Source: the human T2T-CHM13v2.0 reference genome, Homo sapiens. Taken from it: a stretch of 64,000 nt of DNA. The DNA lies in NCBI RefSeq assembly GCF_009914755.1, contig NC_060934.1. One strand, 5' to 3'. The notes below the pieces were generated by a model. It was not told the origin of the DNA, searched no databases, and worked only from the letters and a program-made list of their open reading frames with translations. Shown here piece after piece: positions 1 through 19,190 of the stretch. How positions within the stretch are numbered: the stretch's first letter is position 1; every line of letters starts with the position of its first letter. The position numbers and the translations under genes are program-made.

Positions 1-399
1 TTATAGAGTTTGGGTTGTTGTAACTGTCTTCTCCCTACCTTATCCAGTCAATGAGTATATTGTGTCCATTGTAACTCTGGAGTTTTATACACCCACACCT
101 TTCTGACCTGTTCCTAAAGCCATTGTTCTTGTTCTTGTTCTGACTTCATTACCTCTTAGTCTAGACCATTCTACTAATTTCTCTCCTCATTCTAACTCTT
201 CCTACACTAATATCGGGGATGCCAAAGCACAACTTTGAAAAAGATCAGGGAAAGCATAGTCATTGTGGCTGACCATGATACCAGTCTCAATGGTAGAACT
301 TTTTAGTTCCTACAATTTTCCAGATACTTACATGCAATATCTCATATAATACTCAGTAACACCTAACTAAATTAACAGCTAAGTAAATTAAGTGCATAC

Positions 400-615
400 A
401 TACACCAGGCACTGTGCCAAGAACTGTACCTTATTTTAATCTCACAACCTAAAAAGGTAAGTACTATTATTGTTCTCTTTTTGTATACTAAGCAACTGAG
501 AGGAAGAAACAAAGGCTTTACAAAACTGAGTAATTTACTCACGGTCTGATATTGGTTAAATGGTGAAACTAGGATTTGAACCAGTTAGTTTCCAAAATAC
601 CCTCTCATAAACATT
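400..615 (-). mobile_element. MIR-like SINE relic
   Basis: ccaggcactgtgccaag...caactgag...aggatttgaacc MIR core phrases; degenerate. Confidence 0.55.
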
Positions 616-732
616 AACTTAACCTCATAGCAATGATAGAAGGTCATTATTACTATTATTATTTCATAAACCAAGGAAATTAAGTAATCTTAAATTGACA
701 AGACTTCAAAGCCCAAGTTCTTTCTTTTCTTT

Positions 733-4141
<3,409 letters not shown>

Positions 4142-4988
4142 TGACATTAAGAGAAACTGAGAAGAGACAGGCAACAAGTCAGCACAATACAGTCCACAGT
4201 GTAGGAAAGCCTTCCAGAGGTTGTATTCTTCTCATGATAGTGGAATCAACTTTATAAAATCACAGATACTAGTTTCTTGAAATTCCACTTAAGGGTGTCT
4301 TTCTCCATGTTATCATCACTGTCCCTTGGCCATTTAGGGGATGTGGTTGGACTTTGTCCTAAGCTTGCAATTGCTGGATTATTAAGTTCTTTTGTCCTTT
4401 TAGCTTATTTTGGTCTGGAAAAAAAGGGTAAATCTTTTATACTGAATATGAAAAATACAATGAGACAGAGAAAATGATCAAGTCAATGTTTCCAGATACC
4501 TGATTTCAGACAGGGATAGTAGATCTTCTATTCTCCTCTAGCTAGTATTGACCCCATACCCCTAGGCTTCTAATTTTTCATTATGGTAAAAAAATCCAGA
4601 AATAGGACTAACCGAAGCTGGGTCCCTGATAACTTGGCAGTATGCAGGCCAAGATGCTTTGAATTTTATGTGGGTGGCTCAAATTTTTAGTATTCACAAG
4701 TATTTATGAACTCGTAAGGCTGGAACTCTGAACCCTATCTAAAGGGAGAGAATGGTCTTCATTGGCTATACTTGCCATTTTAGCAGGTACAACAAACAAA
4801 CAAACAAAAAACAAAAGAAATCATAGATTTGGAAATATGAAATTGACATAAGCAAAAGAAGTCTCTTAATAAATTCAATTCCATGGGTTTGTCTATGGAC
4901 AGGGTTATAGCCCTGAAGACAGAAGGATGACACTAAGTGGTACTGGAAACTGGGAGTCAAGGTAAGTTTTTGGTTATAGAAAGTGTAT

Positions 4989-4994
4989 TTTATT
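4989..4994 (-). terminator. ASAH2: Candidate distal AATAAA poly(A) signal
   Basis: TTTATT on + strand 4.5 kb past the stop codon. Confidence 0.35.
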
Positions 4995-5702
4995 ATTAGA
5001 GCAAATGGCAAATACATTCAAGGACATTGATGTTATAGGGGAAGAGTCTCAAGGGGGAAAAATGCTAATACAAGTATAAAACCAAATTGCTATTTATGAA
5101 GGTAAAGTTTGGTGCTGCCTCACTGTCAACTCTTTCCTTATACTCTAACTATAGTCTTGATAAAGTACTCAATATTCCCTCTACATGGAATAGTCTATTT
5201 GCCCAGTACACAAACACAAACACACACTAATACACACATACATGCACACACCATTGCCTTTCTTCTAGCTAATTTCTACATATCTTTTAAGTCTTAGCTT
5301 ATATGTTATTTCTTCCAGGAAACTTACTGAAACATCCCCAAGACCATATTAGGTGCCCTCTCTAATTCCCTGAACAATAACAATATGGGTCACTCTGTAC
5401 AGTAATTACCTGTTCATCCGTTTGCTTTGTTCGTTAAACGCTAAGTTCCTTTTGGCAGGGAATAGCTTTGCCTTCATTATTGTTTCATTCTTAGGATTTA
5501 GCATAATTTCTGCCATAAAGTATATAGGTGCTTGATATAAATCTGTTAAAGGAACGTATACATTTTGCAATACAGAAAGCAATTTTTTTCGTCATTATTC
5601 CAATGTGTGTTCTTTTCCAAAATATATTTTCTAGAGTAAAACGAGTTCTAATTATTTCAAAGAGCAGTTAATTTGGATATGCAGATATTATTGCTTGCCC
5701 AC

Positions 5703-6006
5703 TGTGGTAACCTTTAGGGCTGCTTGCAAATATCCTGGTTCTGTCACCTGCCCAGTGAAAAATGCACAGTAATGTGGAAGCTTCACGAACTATTGCATGA
5801 TTCTCCCTGTCCCTTCCCCCTAATCATGGAAGCACCTGTTCCTGTTCCCTCACAATGGAAGAATGTTTAGAATGGAAGTCTCTGTCAGCCTGTGAACTCA
5901 AATGAGATGTGGAACAGATCCTTCAGCTAACCCCAATGGACAGGTCATGAGATCAAGAAATAAATCTCTAATGTTGTAGCATAACTAATCTGTCTTGACT
6001 AACATA
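5703..6006 (+). mobile_element. Old MaLR LTR (MLT1-like)
   Basis: TG start, aagaaataaatctc, end resembling gactaataca; degenerate. Confidence 0.5.
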
Positions 6007-7067
6007 ATTTTATGACAGCTACTTCGGCTATCTCTTCTTTCTTACTATCAGAACTTGCCTCACTCTCTAGAAGCACAAAATACTAAATATTCTTTTTTCC
6101 AGCTTCCCTTGCAGGTAAGAGTAGCTGTGTGGCACAGTTCTGAACAAAGAAATAGAAGGAAAATTCAACTTGTGTTCTTACTATTTTCCACCTTCTAAAA
6201 GGGGATTATAAAGAGAACTCTCTCCTCCCATTTTGCTGCTGCATTCAATTATATGTAGACTTGAGGTAGCGATCTTTTAGCTAAGAGGATAAGCCTAAGA
6301 ATTAAGTCAATATATTAAGAGCCACTGAGTGGCTGCACCAAACCTGAATTTATCACTTCAAGACTTACTGCTATGTGAGGTTATAAATGTCTTTAGTGTT
6401 TGGATGGATGTTGATCAGGAATATTTTCTGAGTTACAGCTGAATGCATACTAACAAATTGCATAAGGAATGTGCAAATTTCCCTCTCCGATACCCTATCA
6501 CTCTAAAATTTTGGAAGCCAATATAAACCAGCAAGTCAGGTTGGATACCCAGGAAGCAAGAGCATCATTTGGAAGAACTAAACACATGAGAAGTTCATCT
6601 AGTGATGAAACCTTTTGGCTAAAGATAGAATCCATGCGCTAATCTTAGAAAAAGACAGTAAGCTTGCTTACATTGGAGGAGAAGCATAAGAGGGCACATT
6701 AGAAAAGGACATTCATAAGTAAATTCATTCTTGGTCTTTTTGTTCAGAATTAGCGCATGAAACAATTTCATAGTTAGCTACCTGCCTAGGAAATTTTTTT
6801 GCCCAACTAGTAAAAAAGAGAAAGAAAATAAAAGAAATGCCAACCATACATGTGTTTTACCAGCAGTACATCTTCAGAAGTTAGAAAGGAACTGATAAAG
6901 AAGTGGTTCCCTTGTGCTTCAGTGGTTATTTACAAGTCATTTGTATCACTTTCCAACCTAACTTACATGTAATCTACCACCTTTTGTTCCACCTCTTTTT
7001 TTAAAAAAGTGTTCGTTTGTCTACATTACCTTTCATTAGACAATACTTTTATGAGTGTAATTCTTAA

Positions 7068-7073
7068 TTTATT
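7068..7073 (-). terminator. ASAH2: Candidate AATAAA poly(A) signal of ASAH2 (3' UTR about 2.45 kb)
   Basis: TTTATT on + strand; T-rich sequence further downstream on the minus strand; usage not shown by sequence. Confidence 0.55.
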
Positions 7074-9268
7074 ATTAAATAATCCATTGAATATTGACAA
7101 TTTTACACAGTACTCATCAAAAAATCTAGACCTGGAAAAGAGATTATTCAGTGCTTTTCAAAGAAGTCAAAAAATCCTTAAAACCAGAGTAGGCAGGGTA
7201 CAGCAAATAAAATGCAGACATTTTAACATGAGAAACAAAATCTCCAAAATTGTTCTCCTACCTACCCAATCTGCCATATTCCACTTTTTCCACCAATTTC
7301 AGGAGTTTCTGCCACATGGTTTGGCTCCAGTGAGCCAGTCCCTGCAGCATCCACAGACATGAATTGGATCTGTGTTTTTATATCAACAGATAAGTTCAAT
7401 TACTTCATGATATTCTTTTATGCACAGGTAAAGAACTGATATTGATAATCCAGGAATTTGGTTTTGTTTTTACACATGAACTGCGAACATAGAACTGCAT
7501 GCCCTAGAAGAAATGACAGCTGGTGAGAAAATAGGTTTCTGTGCGTTATCTGGAGCCAAGAGTGCTAGGTGCAGAAGGATCAGTAGATGATACAGTGGCC
7601 ACCTTGGTACAGTTGCCAGTGAGCTATCAGGAATCACAAGTAGATTTGAGGAAAGCTTCAATAGAAGGAATAGAGGTAGTGGAAACTGATTCATGAACCC
7701 TTCTGAGTAATAACAAATACTTTAAAAAACCATATCATGAGTTCTAATATAATTTTCTTGTCTGGAATCAGCTACTTTCAGGATCACTTGTTCTTTTAGG
7801 CTTCTGAACTTTTACACTGAAGACTGTGGCGTCATTAGAAAAAAGATCACAACACTTGGAATCCCTGATTACCTAATCCTCCAGCAGTTAATGCCCAAGG
7901 AAACAGCCTCTAGGATACCAATTCATCAAAAAGTGTTCCAGGTTCATTCTAATTCAATAAATTATGTTGAGATTAAGTTATACATAATAGATGTTAATAC
8001 TACCATTATGAATATTGTTATTATTTTCAAACCTCAAAGTTTATTTTTAAAATACAGATTGATTTTTTTCCCTAAAATGCTAAAGCTTTTACATACATAC
8101 AAAAGTATGACCTGGGGTTTGGAAATTTGCTTTGCAGTCTGGGAGCTTGTAGTTAACTTAAAGAATTTTAAATGCAATTAGTACTTTCAGACAATCGATG
8201 TCAGACTGTCATATCTTATTCTTTGGGGTATGAAGCAAGGTATTTTACAATGCCCAAAAATAACTTTCAAAATAGTATTTAGCAAACTGTCTGGAGCCTC
8301 TTTCCCCCCAAATTAGAGTATCCAACACAGATGATACACAAGATATAACTTGAAGATTACTGATTTTTTAAATGCCTCCCCAGAATTTACATATTAAATC
8401 GATTATTTTCTCCTTCATAATAGTTACCTTTTGACACTTACACATTCACCCCAAGTACAAATTCACTAATTATCAAGGCCTAGGCACTATTATAATTCTG
8501 GGCATATAAATCTTAAATATTCTATGATTGAATGGGTCCATGAGTGAGTGAGTGAGCAAATGGTAAAAGAACAGATAAATTAATTTAGAACCTCTGCTTT
8601 GAGGAGTGCTTTCCCAGCCAGTAATATTTTTAATATCTACGCTAATGGCAAAACTTTCTGGTTTGGGGTGAATTTGATTAATGAAAAGACTCAAAAAATC
8701 ATTTGGAATAAGTCTTGGGAGTAAGAGACACAATCCAGTGGGATAAGGACACTTAGGAAAACACAAGGCATGATCAAAATATTGGAAGTCTGACTTTCTC
8801 ATAATTGTGTCCTGAAGGCAATTCCAGAAATGATTTGAGCATCCACAGCGGCTCTGAACTAGGCATGTTAACTCCAGAATGACTGCTTAGAAAGACTACG
8901 TTATTTTGAATGAAGGAAAACTGACATGCTGATTTTCTGTTTCTCTAATTAGGCTCATACATTCATGGTCAAGGTTTATATCATATTTTGTAAATGTGAT
9001 TAGAAGAAAAGACCATTTTTCTTATATGTAAGATGAAGGGTAAGACTAGATGATTTCTATAAATTTTCCCAGTACTAATATTCAGTAATTCTATATATAA
9101 ATAAATAATTTAAACATTGTTCACATTAGTGAGCCATTCTCACTAATATTTCAGAGGTTTTATATTGAAGGGACTCTCCTTTAAACAACCCCAAGACTTC
9201 AAGGGAAATCATGCTTTAGGCTGTAGACCACAAGATATATGGCTGCTGGAGCAAGATATACGGGACAA

Positions 9269-9270
<2 letters not shown>

Positions 9271-9348
<78 letters not shown>
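9271..9348. repeat. Compound microsatellite (CT)24(CA)15 in ASAH2 3' UTR
   Basis: Read directly. Confidence 0.97.
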
Positions 9349-9351
<3 letters not shown>

Positions 9352-9500
9352 CTCCACCCCATTAGCAGTAAACTATCTGTCCCCAAACAGGGACGATTAT
9401 AGAAGTCAACATGGTAGTTCACTAGTTCACATTCATTTGAAATCACTTATATAATGTGTAGAGAGTAAAGCTGTTCTTTAAATGATCTATCAACTTTTCA

Positions 9501-9722
<222 letters not shown>

Positions 9723-10061
9723 TCAATTTTACTCTTAAAAATGTTTAATTAGAAAAATACATGATTATTCATTTAATGAATATTCAGAGAATACCTACAA
9801 TGAGCAAGGCACTATCAAGACATTGAAGATACAGCAATGAACAAAACAGACAAAAACGTCTATTTTCTAGAAGAGAAACTTTAAAGAACAGCAATTTGTA
9901 GAAATAGCTTTACTTGTTCTACCTTTCTACCTACCTAAATTATACTCACCCCAGGAAACCTTACCTGATAGCCACAAGATGTCTCTCCTGCTGTAGAATT
10001 GCAAAGCACTCTTTTAGCCCTTATCTGACACTTATTTTCACATCTAGATTCATTTGTTTTC

Positions 10062-10112
10062 TATATATATATATGTGTGTGTGTATACATATATATATGT
10101 ATATATATATAT
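10062..10112. repeat. (TA)/(TG) microsatellite
   Basis: Read directly. Confidence 0.9.
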
Positions 10113-11683
10113 AGAAAATGAATACATGTCAGACTCTCTTCTAGAAGTACTGAGGGTACAGTAAGGAGCAAGATAGATATGGTCCCAAGTTTCATGAAGC
10201 TTATGTTCTACTGAGTTGAAGATGGAAATAAATGCAATAAACAAAAAGCAATAAATATAAAAATCTTAAGAATGACAAGTTTAGTGTAGAAAACAAGATG
10301 GAAGTTTTTTAGGGAGATGTCATTTAAACTGAGTCTGCAGAAATCTGGAGGAAAAAACATTCTAACAAGAAGGAACAGAAAATACAAAGTGTCCAAAGCA
10401 GGAACAAACTTGATGTGGCCACAAAGCAGAAAGCAGGTCAGTTGGTACAGGGAATGGTAAACCATGGAAGAGTGCTTGAGATGAGAGAAACAGGTGGAAC
10501 CAGATCATGTTGGCCCCTGCAGATCACAGCAGAGAGTTCAGACACTCTTCTAGACTCAGTGAGATACAACGGGCTAACTGATATCCTCAGTTATGCTGAA
10601 AGTAAATCTCTTGGGCACAGAGAGTGTGCTCGACATTCTGTGTTTCTCAGTGATGGGTTCAGTACTCTCAACAAATATTTGATTATTCTGCTGCTAATGA
10701 ACAAGGCAGAGATCTAAACATATCCTCAGTATTGACTGCTATTAGCTAAAAACTTTGAGCATTTAAATATAAATCATTCTTTTTATTACCTGTATAACCT
10801 TTTCAACGATAAATATACATTACTTGTTTTAAAATGTACCTATACTCTACAGCTCTAAATACCAAAGAAAAATTTTGCCCATATTTGTATATGGGCCATG
10901 GTCAAATTCCTATTTTCAATTAACCATCTGAACCATACTAACATATTTACATTTAACAAACTAATATCACTTAGTTTGAGGCAATCTGAATTAGACCCAA
11001 ATTGCCAAAAACTGTACCTACTTCCATGCCACTGTCATGGAATGTTAAATTTATAGACTTGGGAACAGAAGTATTGTCTTATTTCAGACACATTATCAAA
11101 TCTTCAAAATATCTATTCAGCTCAGGAATTTGGTAGCAAAAGGCAAAGAGATATGTCTCTCTGGAGAAATTGCCTGAATATATTATCTCCTCACTCAAGT
11201 CATTAAGAGTTAAACACCCAAGCTTCTAGTGTTTTAGTAACTCAAATGAAGAATCATTGATCATATACAAACATGCAATACATGTCAGGTATAGACTCAT
11301 TTTCCCTATAGAAATATCAAGCTCTACAGAGACATCTCAACACTTTTACTCTATACTCCTTTCAACCAATTTGCAAGGAAGCTAGTTAGATTTTACAAAT
11401 AATACCTGTGTCCATGGGGAAAAAAAACAGAACAGATGTCTGTAAGAATGGAAGCCATAACCTCATTAGCACCTAATCTTACAGAAGCACACACCACACT
11501 GTTTTGCAGAAAAATGAATCAAAATGAAATCTAATAAATCAACTAAATATGTCCAGAAACCTCCTTGGGAATTTGATATCATTAATACCTTGTACTGAGC
11601 CAGTCTTTTCATTTGTCTTCCCAGCATTACAAGCCAACTGGTTTCAAAGCTTGAAAGACAAAAATATTCAATAAATGTGCTCA

Positions 11684-11797
<114 letters not shown>

Positions 11798-14213
11798 TCA
11801 GGTACTGCACAGTCACAGAAGGAACCTGTTTGTAAATACTCCCCTTGTTGACCATATGTTAGCCTACCAATACCTTGTGTGAAAATGTGTTAGAATTTCA
11901 TCCAAATTCTTAGGCTTTCCTCTTAACATTCTATGCAATGTACTCAGAATGTTAATTTATCCAGTCTATTAAAAAACATGATTTTTTTAGAAATGTGAAA
12001 GAAGTGTAATTTTAGAGTTAGTAGCAAATTTTGGAAATTAGGGCAGAAAAGAGGCTGGGAATAAAACTTACCTGAGATTTTAAAAAGGTATAAGTCAAGC
12101 CTTTTCATGATATGTTTATTGATCTATATATCCCAAGACTTTCTCTAGTCACCTCAAAAGTTAGAAGGGAAAATGGTAAAGTTTAGTCTACTTTCCATCT
12201 CCAGGTGAATGAATTATTAGTTAACGTACCTCCCTGAGTGAAAGAATTGAAAAGAATACATAAATCTTCCCTATCCTGGGGTACTAAAGGAGGTCTTTAG
12301 ATTTTTTATAATAGATTTCTAGAAACCACATCATAAAAAGATTTTATTTCCCCATTGGAAGATTATTATAATAGAAGAATTTGTTTCAGACCAAGAATTC
12401 AGCTTCAAACAAAGCACAGATTTGAATGATATGACAAGTTAATAAAGACAAAGGCTATACATTTCTAGTATCCTTTTAAATCCTTGAGATTGTGACCCTA
12501 AAAGGTACATGTCTAATTCACTTATATTTATCACAGTTCTTTACATCTGTCATTTACTGGTGCTCAAATAACCCCTTGCTAAATGTATCACCTATTTACA
12601 TGTGGGCCATGTAATTGTTTAAAATTCTTCTTTAAGTATTCAACTGATGAATTACATTCAATAAGGAAGTTTTCATAACCATAGGAACCTGTAAAGAGAG
12701 TTATTTCTGTCTATTTATGGCAAATGACATTGGGAAGGCCTTAGATGGAGAAGATATGGTGGGCTTTTTGAATATGTCTAGAGTAGAGACTGAAGAACAA
12801 GTCTAGGCCTCTGAATACCAGGGATAAAACATATGACAATCTTTTCCCAACTGCTCTACCGTAATCTCTTCCAGATGCATAATTAGGTACTGCATACATT
12901 AATTATGCATAATATAAGTTACTTTATCTCTCTAGGCCTCAATTTATTCATCTGGAAAATAGGGGTAATAAAACTTAACTCATTGAGTAGTCATAAGGAT
13001 GGAATTAATCATGTGATAATGCATATAAAGCACTTTAATAGGAATACTTGCAAATACTACCTGCAAAATAGTAAGCATTCCATAAATAGTGATGATAACT
13101 ACTAATGAAGAAGGGTGATAGAAATTGTTTTATACCAAGTCCCAAAGCATTCTTTGAAATTAATTCTATTACCACTATAGTAGTTTAAAGGTTTTGTTCT
13201 CCTGCTTCTCCATGGCAATAATGATGATAGAATTTCTCTACCCTAGGGATATCAGGTGACAGCTAAACATGCAGTTTTGATATAACACTTTGATATCTTC
13301 AGAAAATAATGTTATAAACATGTAACTATTGTGGCACAGATTCACTTACTAAAGAAATTACTTCAAACAGGTGCATATTGACTACCTAAGAAGTAGAAGA
13401 CTTTCCTCCAATGTCATATTTGAGAATGTCATATTGCCACAATTGTTACCTTGGCAATAATGACATTTTAAAAACAGGAATGGGAAGGTTCTTTTGGAAG
13501 GAAGGTATTTTTGGATTATAAGTGACTATAGGCCCTGGGAAGAACAGCTAATTGATATAAGGAATGCATCCTCAGCCACAGTGAAAACCATGACCTCGAA
13601 ATCACAGTCATATGCCCACTCTTTTTCCACTATAAATTCCTTTATTATTTGAGGTTTTACAACTAGAATGTGTCCAGTTACTGCTTGTGTAGTTATAAGT
13701 ATATTTTAAGGAAGTTATAGAAGTATACATTAATTTTATTAATAGATATATTACATATGTACATAGTTTATCATACATATGATAAAAACAAAAAAGTCTG
13801 AAATGCTTTATTAAAAAACTCTTAACAGCTATTACCTCTGGAAAGCAGGTTTGTGGGTAGAAGAGCACTTATATATTCTATTTTCTACACTTCTATATTG
13901 TTTTAACATTGGGCATGTATTTTGAATGTCATTTTTTAGGTTTAATAAATAAATGCTCTATTAGCACCAGTAGTAAATAATAGGGAAATGGCCGATGCAA
14001 GATAAAGTAAAGCACATGCACCAGGACTCCAAGCCAGGAGAGTATACACCCGGGGATCTGTGACCGTTCCACAACAGTACAGGTAGGACCAGAGATAGTA
14101 GTGTAGAGGAGGAGGAGAGAGCCAAAAAGAGAAGAAGAAGCCAAAGACACACATCCTTCAGTTGGCCCTTTGACTATTTCACAACATTTGGTAGAGTTCT
14201 ATATATTTGAATA

Positions 14214-14552
14214 CAGTCATATATCGGATACATCCTGAGAAGTGCATTGTTAGGCAAATTCATCATTGTATGAGCATCACAGACTTAGACTTACACAAAC
14301 TTAGATGGTGTAACCTCCTACACACCTAGGCTATATGGTACAGCCCGTGGCTCCTAGGCTACAAATTTGTACAGCCCGTTACTGTATTGAATGTTGTAGG
14401 CAATTGTAACACAATGGTAAGTATTTGTGTATCTAAACATACCTAAACATAGAAAAGGTACAGTAAAAGTAGAGTATTATAATCTCATGGGACCAATGTC
14501 ATAAATGCAGTTCATCTTTGACTGAAACATCATTGTATGTGGCGCGTAATTA
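14214..14552 (+). mobile_element. Tigger3a/MER7A-like TcMar DNA transposon
   Basis: TA-cagtcat start, ctacacacctaggctatatgg and gtaacacaatggtaagtatttgtgtatctaaacata diagnostic tracts. Confidence 0.85.
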
Positions 14553-14810
14553 TATATATGGGATTGTATTCAACTTAACATCTTCTTGACAGACAATGCA
14601 GTCATACATGCATTATGCTATACTTGGTCCTAAGTGAAGCCAATTATGTTTCCTGTGTGCTTTTACCCAGACTCAATCCACATTAACTACCTATTGAATA
14701 TTTTCCCGTACCTACAAAATAAGATGGAAAACAAGTTGGAACATTTTGTCTTTATGTTATTAACCTCTAGAGGGATATTTAAATGAATGAATGGCTAAAA
14801 AGTGGATTTA

Positions 14811-14918
<108 letters not shown>

Positions 14919-15299
14919 TTAATGACTTCTAATAAAAGGTTTTTTGCTATACTCATATTTTGGACATTATTTATTATAAATTCTATAATTTAGGGTGCCT
15001 TTATAGATTTTGTTCTATTTAATCAAGTAAGTTATCTTCTAAGAATATTAACCCTTGCAACAATAGACATAGGAATGTTTGGCCAATGAGTTTGCTTTTG
15101 GTGGACTCAGATACAAGTGAAGATCTAGAGCTGTAGTTTATATTAGTGACAGCATATTAAAATGGCTTCTTCAGGCCTTGATAATTCCTCACACCTCCCT
15201 CCCAACACAAATACAGGGAATATTTGAATCAAATTAGAACAGTCAAAACTTTCCACAGATGACTCATATTTATGCTTACATTTATAGTTAAGCTTTTAT

Positions 15300-18200
15300 T
15301 TTTATAAGAGATGGAGTGGCAGGATGTGTATTTATCCTCCCCCCTGAAACGACTAAAAAACTGGAAAAAATATATATTAAACAATGGATTTTCAAGTGAC
15401 AAAGAAAGACAGTGATATTTGAGTGGCAGCAGACAAACAAGAACCCTGTAATCCACCAGCTCAATGTCATCAGAGTTTACGGGCCACGGCAGAAGGAGGA
15501 GAATTCAGGCCAAGTCTGGCAGTCTAAGTTGAGGATATGGAGCTGGGTGTCCACAAAAGCCAAACAGTCTTGAGTTTATAGCACAGAGCATCATAGAGAG
15601 GATAGCTGCACAGAGACAGAAATCTGGAGATTTGCAGAAAGCTCCCCTCAAGTTTGCATGCATATAAGGGAACTACTGGAAGCCAGGAAAAGAATGGGCT
15701 AACAGAATTACAGAGAACAGTCCCCAGGCTCATAGAGAGTTGTGACAAGATTCTGTTCCCACCAGGCCAGACTGGAAAACCTCATAATTCAAAAGAATTT
15801 TACATTAGTGTGTGAGGGGATGAGGGGTGCTGGGGGAAGTGAGGAAGGGATTTGCTCAAGATGAAAATCTGCTCTGGTCCTGCCTAAAAAATTTAGTAAT
15901 AGGTAATGCAATAGGTAAAAGCAATAAAACTAAATGCTAGTTCTTTGAGGACACAAATTACCAAAATTAGAAAGAAAGAGGGGATATCATTGTCAACTCT
16001 TCAGAAATTAAAAGGATTACAGGGGATTATCATGAGCAACAACAACTTTTATATTACACCAACAAATTAAACAACTTATATGAAATGAGAAAATTCCTAG
16101 AATGATACCAATTCCTATAAAGATAAATTCCTAGAAAGACACAAAATTGATGCAAGGAAAAAAATAGGACATATGAATGGTCATATAACAAGTAAAGAAA
16201 TTGAATTAGTAATAAAAATTTTGCCATAAAGAAAAGCCAGGTCCATATGGCCTTGCTGGTCAATCCAATCAAATATTTAAAGAGTAAATAATGCCAATCT
16301 TTTGGATACTTTTTCAGAAAGTACAAGAGAAAACATTTCCCAACTCATTCTTTGAAAGCACTATTGCCCCAATACCAAAGGCAAAGACAACACATAAAAA
16401 GAAAACTAAAAATATCCCTCATGGACATGAGTAGAAAACTCTACAATATATCAGCAAATCAAATTCAGCAACATCTAAAAAGGATTATACACCATGACTA
16501 AATGATACGGCATTTATTTAACATCTGAAAACCAATGAATGTAAATACCTTATTAAAATAACAAAAGACAAAACCACATTGTCACCTCAGTAGAAAAAAA
16601 ATTGCAAAACTCCAACACTGATTTCTGACAAAAACTTGCAATAAGCTAGGCATAAAACATGAAAAAGAGAATCTACAAAAAATCCTAAAGAAAACATCAT
16701 ACTAAATGGTGAAAAACTGAATACTTTTCTACTACGATTGGAAACAAGACAAGAGTGTCCAGTCTCACAACTTCTATTTGACATTGGATTGGATCTTCAG
16801 CAAAAAAAACAAAGATGAAGGTACCACACAACCTGACTTCAAAATATACTACAAAGCTATAGTAATCAACACAGCATGGTACTGGCCTAAAGTAATCAAC
16901 ACACCATTGGTACACATAGACCAATGGAGCCCAGAAATAAGCCCTCACATTTATGATAAATTGATTTTTGACAAAGGTGCCAAGAACGCACAATGGGGAA
17001 GTGACAGTCTCTTCAATAAATGCTGCTGGGAAAACTGGATATCCACATGCAGAAGAAGGAAATATAAAAATTAACTCAAAATTGATTAAAGATTTAAATA
17101 TAAAACCTGAAACTATAAAACAACTGAAAGAAAACCTAGAGGAAAAGCTCCATGATGTTGGTGTAGGCGATGTTTTTTTTTTTTTAATATGACCCCTAAT
17201 GCAAAAGCAACAAAAGCAAAAACAGACACATATTACATCAAACTAAACAGTTTCTGCACAACCAAAAAAACAATTAACAAAGTGAGGAGACAACCTAAAG
17301 AATGGGAGAAAACACTTGCAAACTATGCATCCAATAAAGAGTTAATATCCAAAAGATATAAGGTACTCAAACAACTCTATAGCAAGAAAACAAATGACCC
17401 AACTTGAAAATAAGAAAAGGACCTGAATAAACATTTCTCTAAAGAAGACATATAAATGCTCAACAGGGTATTTTTTTAAATGTTCAATATCAGTGATCAT
17501 CGAAGAAATGCAAATTAAAACTACAACAAGATATCACCTAATACCTGTTAGAATGTATAATATTTAAAAAGACAAAAGACAAGTGTTGATAAGAATGTAG
17601 AAAAAGGTAACTCTTGCACACTGTTCATGACAATGTGAATTAGTGCAGCCATTATGAAAAGCAGCAAGAGGTTTCTCAAAAAATTAAAAATAGAACTACT
17701 GTAAAATATATACACAATACCATTTCTGGGTATATAGAGAAAGGAAATGAAATCAGTTTGTTGAAGAGATATGTGAACTCCCATGTTTATTGCAGCACTG
17801 TTCACAATAGCCAAGATATGAAACAACCTAAGTGTTCATCAATGGATGAATGGATAAAGAAAATGTAGTACATATACACAATGGAATACTATTCAGTCAT
17901 AAATAAGAATGAGATCCTTACATTTGATACAACATGGATAAACCTGGAGAACATTAGATTCAGTAAAATAAGCCAGGTACAGAAAGATAAATACCACATG
18001 ATCTCACTTATATATAGAACCTTCAAGAGTTAAACTCATAGAAGTAGAGAGTAGAATGTTGGCAGAAGGTTAGTTACCAGGGGCTAGGAGGTTAGGGGGT
18101 TGGGGAGGTATTGATCAAAGAATATAAAATTTCATTTAGACAGAGGGAATAAGTTCAAGAGGGCTACTGTACAACTTGATGGCTTCAGTTAAAAACAACA

Positions 18201-18640
18201 TATTGTGTTTTAAAAATTGTTAAGAAAGTCTCAAATTTTCTCACAACAAAAAATAATATGTGACATAATGTATATGTTAATTAGCTCAATTGAGCCATTC
18301 CCCATGTATACATATTTCAAAACATCATCTTGTACACAGTAAATATATATAATTTTTATTTATCAAGTAGAAAATTAAATAAAATTTTTTAAAAAGCAGA
18401 ACATTCTATTGAAGGTTCTAGCCAGTCCGATAAGGATAAATAATTAGGTGCATTTAGAAAAGAAATATAGAAAGGAATAAATAAGCTTATTTTTATTCAC
18501 AGATGACATGATACTATATGTAGAAATTCCTAAGGAATCCAGACTCCCCTCTTACTCATCCCTCCTCCCCCCAGAAAAACTGTTGAAACTAATAACTGAT
18601 TCAGCAAGCTTTCAGGACACAAGATTGATATAAAATAGTA
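15300..18640 (+). mobile_element. Old L1M element (5' region and ORF2 remnants), interrupted by a nested L1MA
   Basis: Degenerate ORF2-like sequence 15900-16790 resuming at 18400-18640. Confidence 0.75.
16794..18395 (+). mobile_element. L1MA-type 3' fragment nested in older L1
   Basis: ORF2 C-terminal remnants ([13 protein letters not shown]), L1MA-type 3' UTR and A-rich end. Confidence 0.85.
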
Positions 18641-18761
18641 ATGGTACAAATTCTGCTTCATTTCTGTATGTTTTTCCTATCCTTGACTTAAGAGACAACT
18701 CTCAGTGCCAGTGAATAGTTCCATGATCATTCACTTAAGAAAAGGAATAATTTGGATTTTA

Positions 18762-19190
<429 letters not shown>

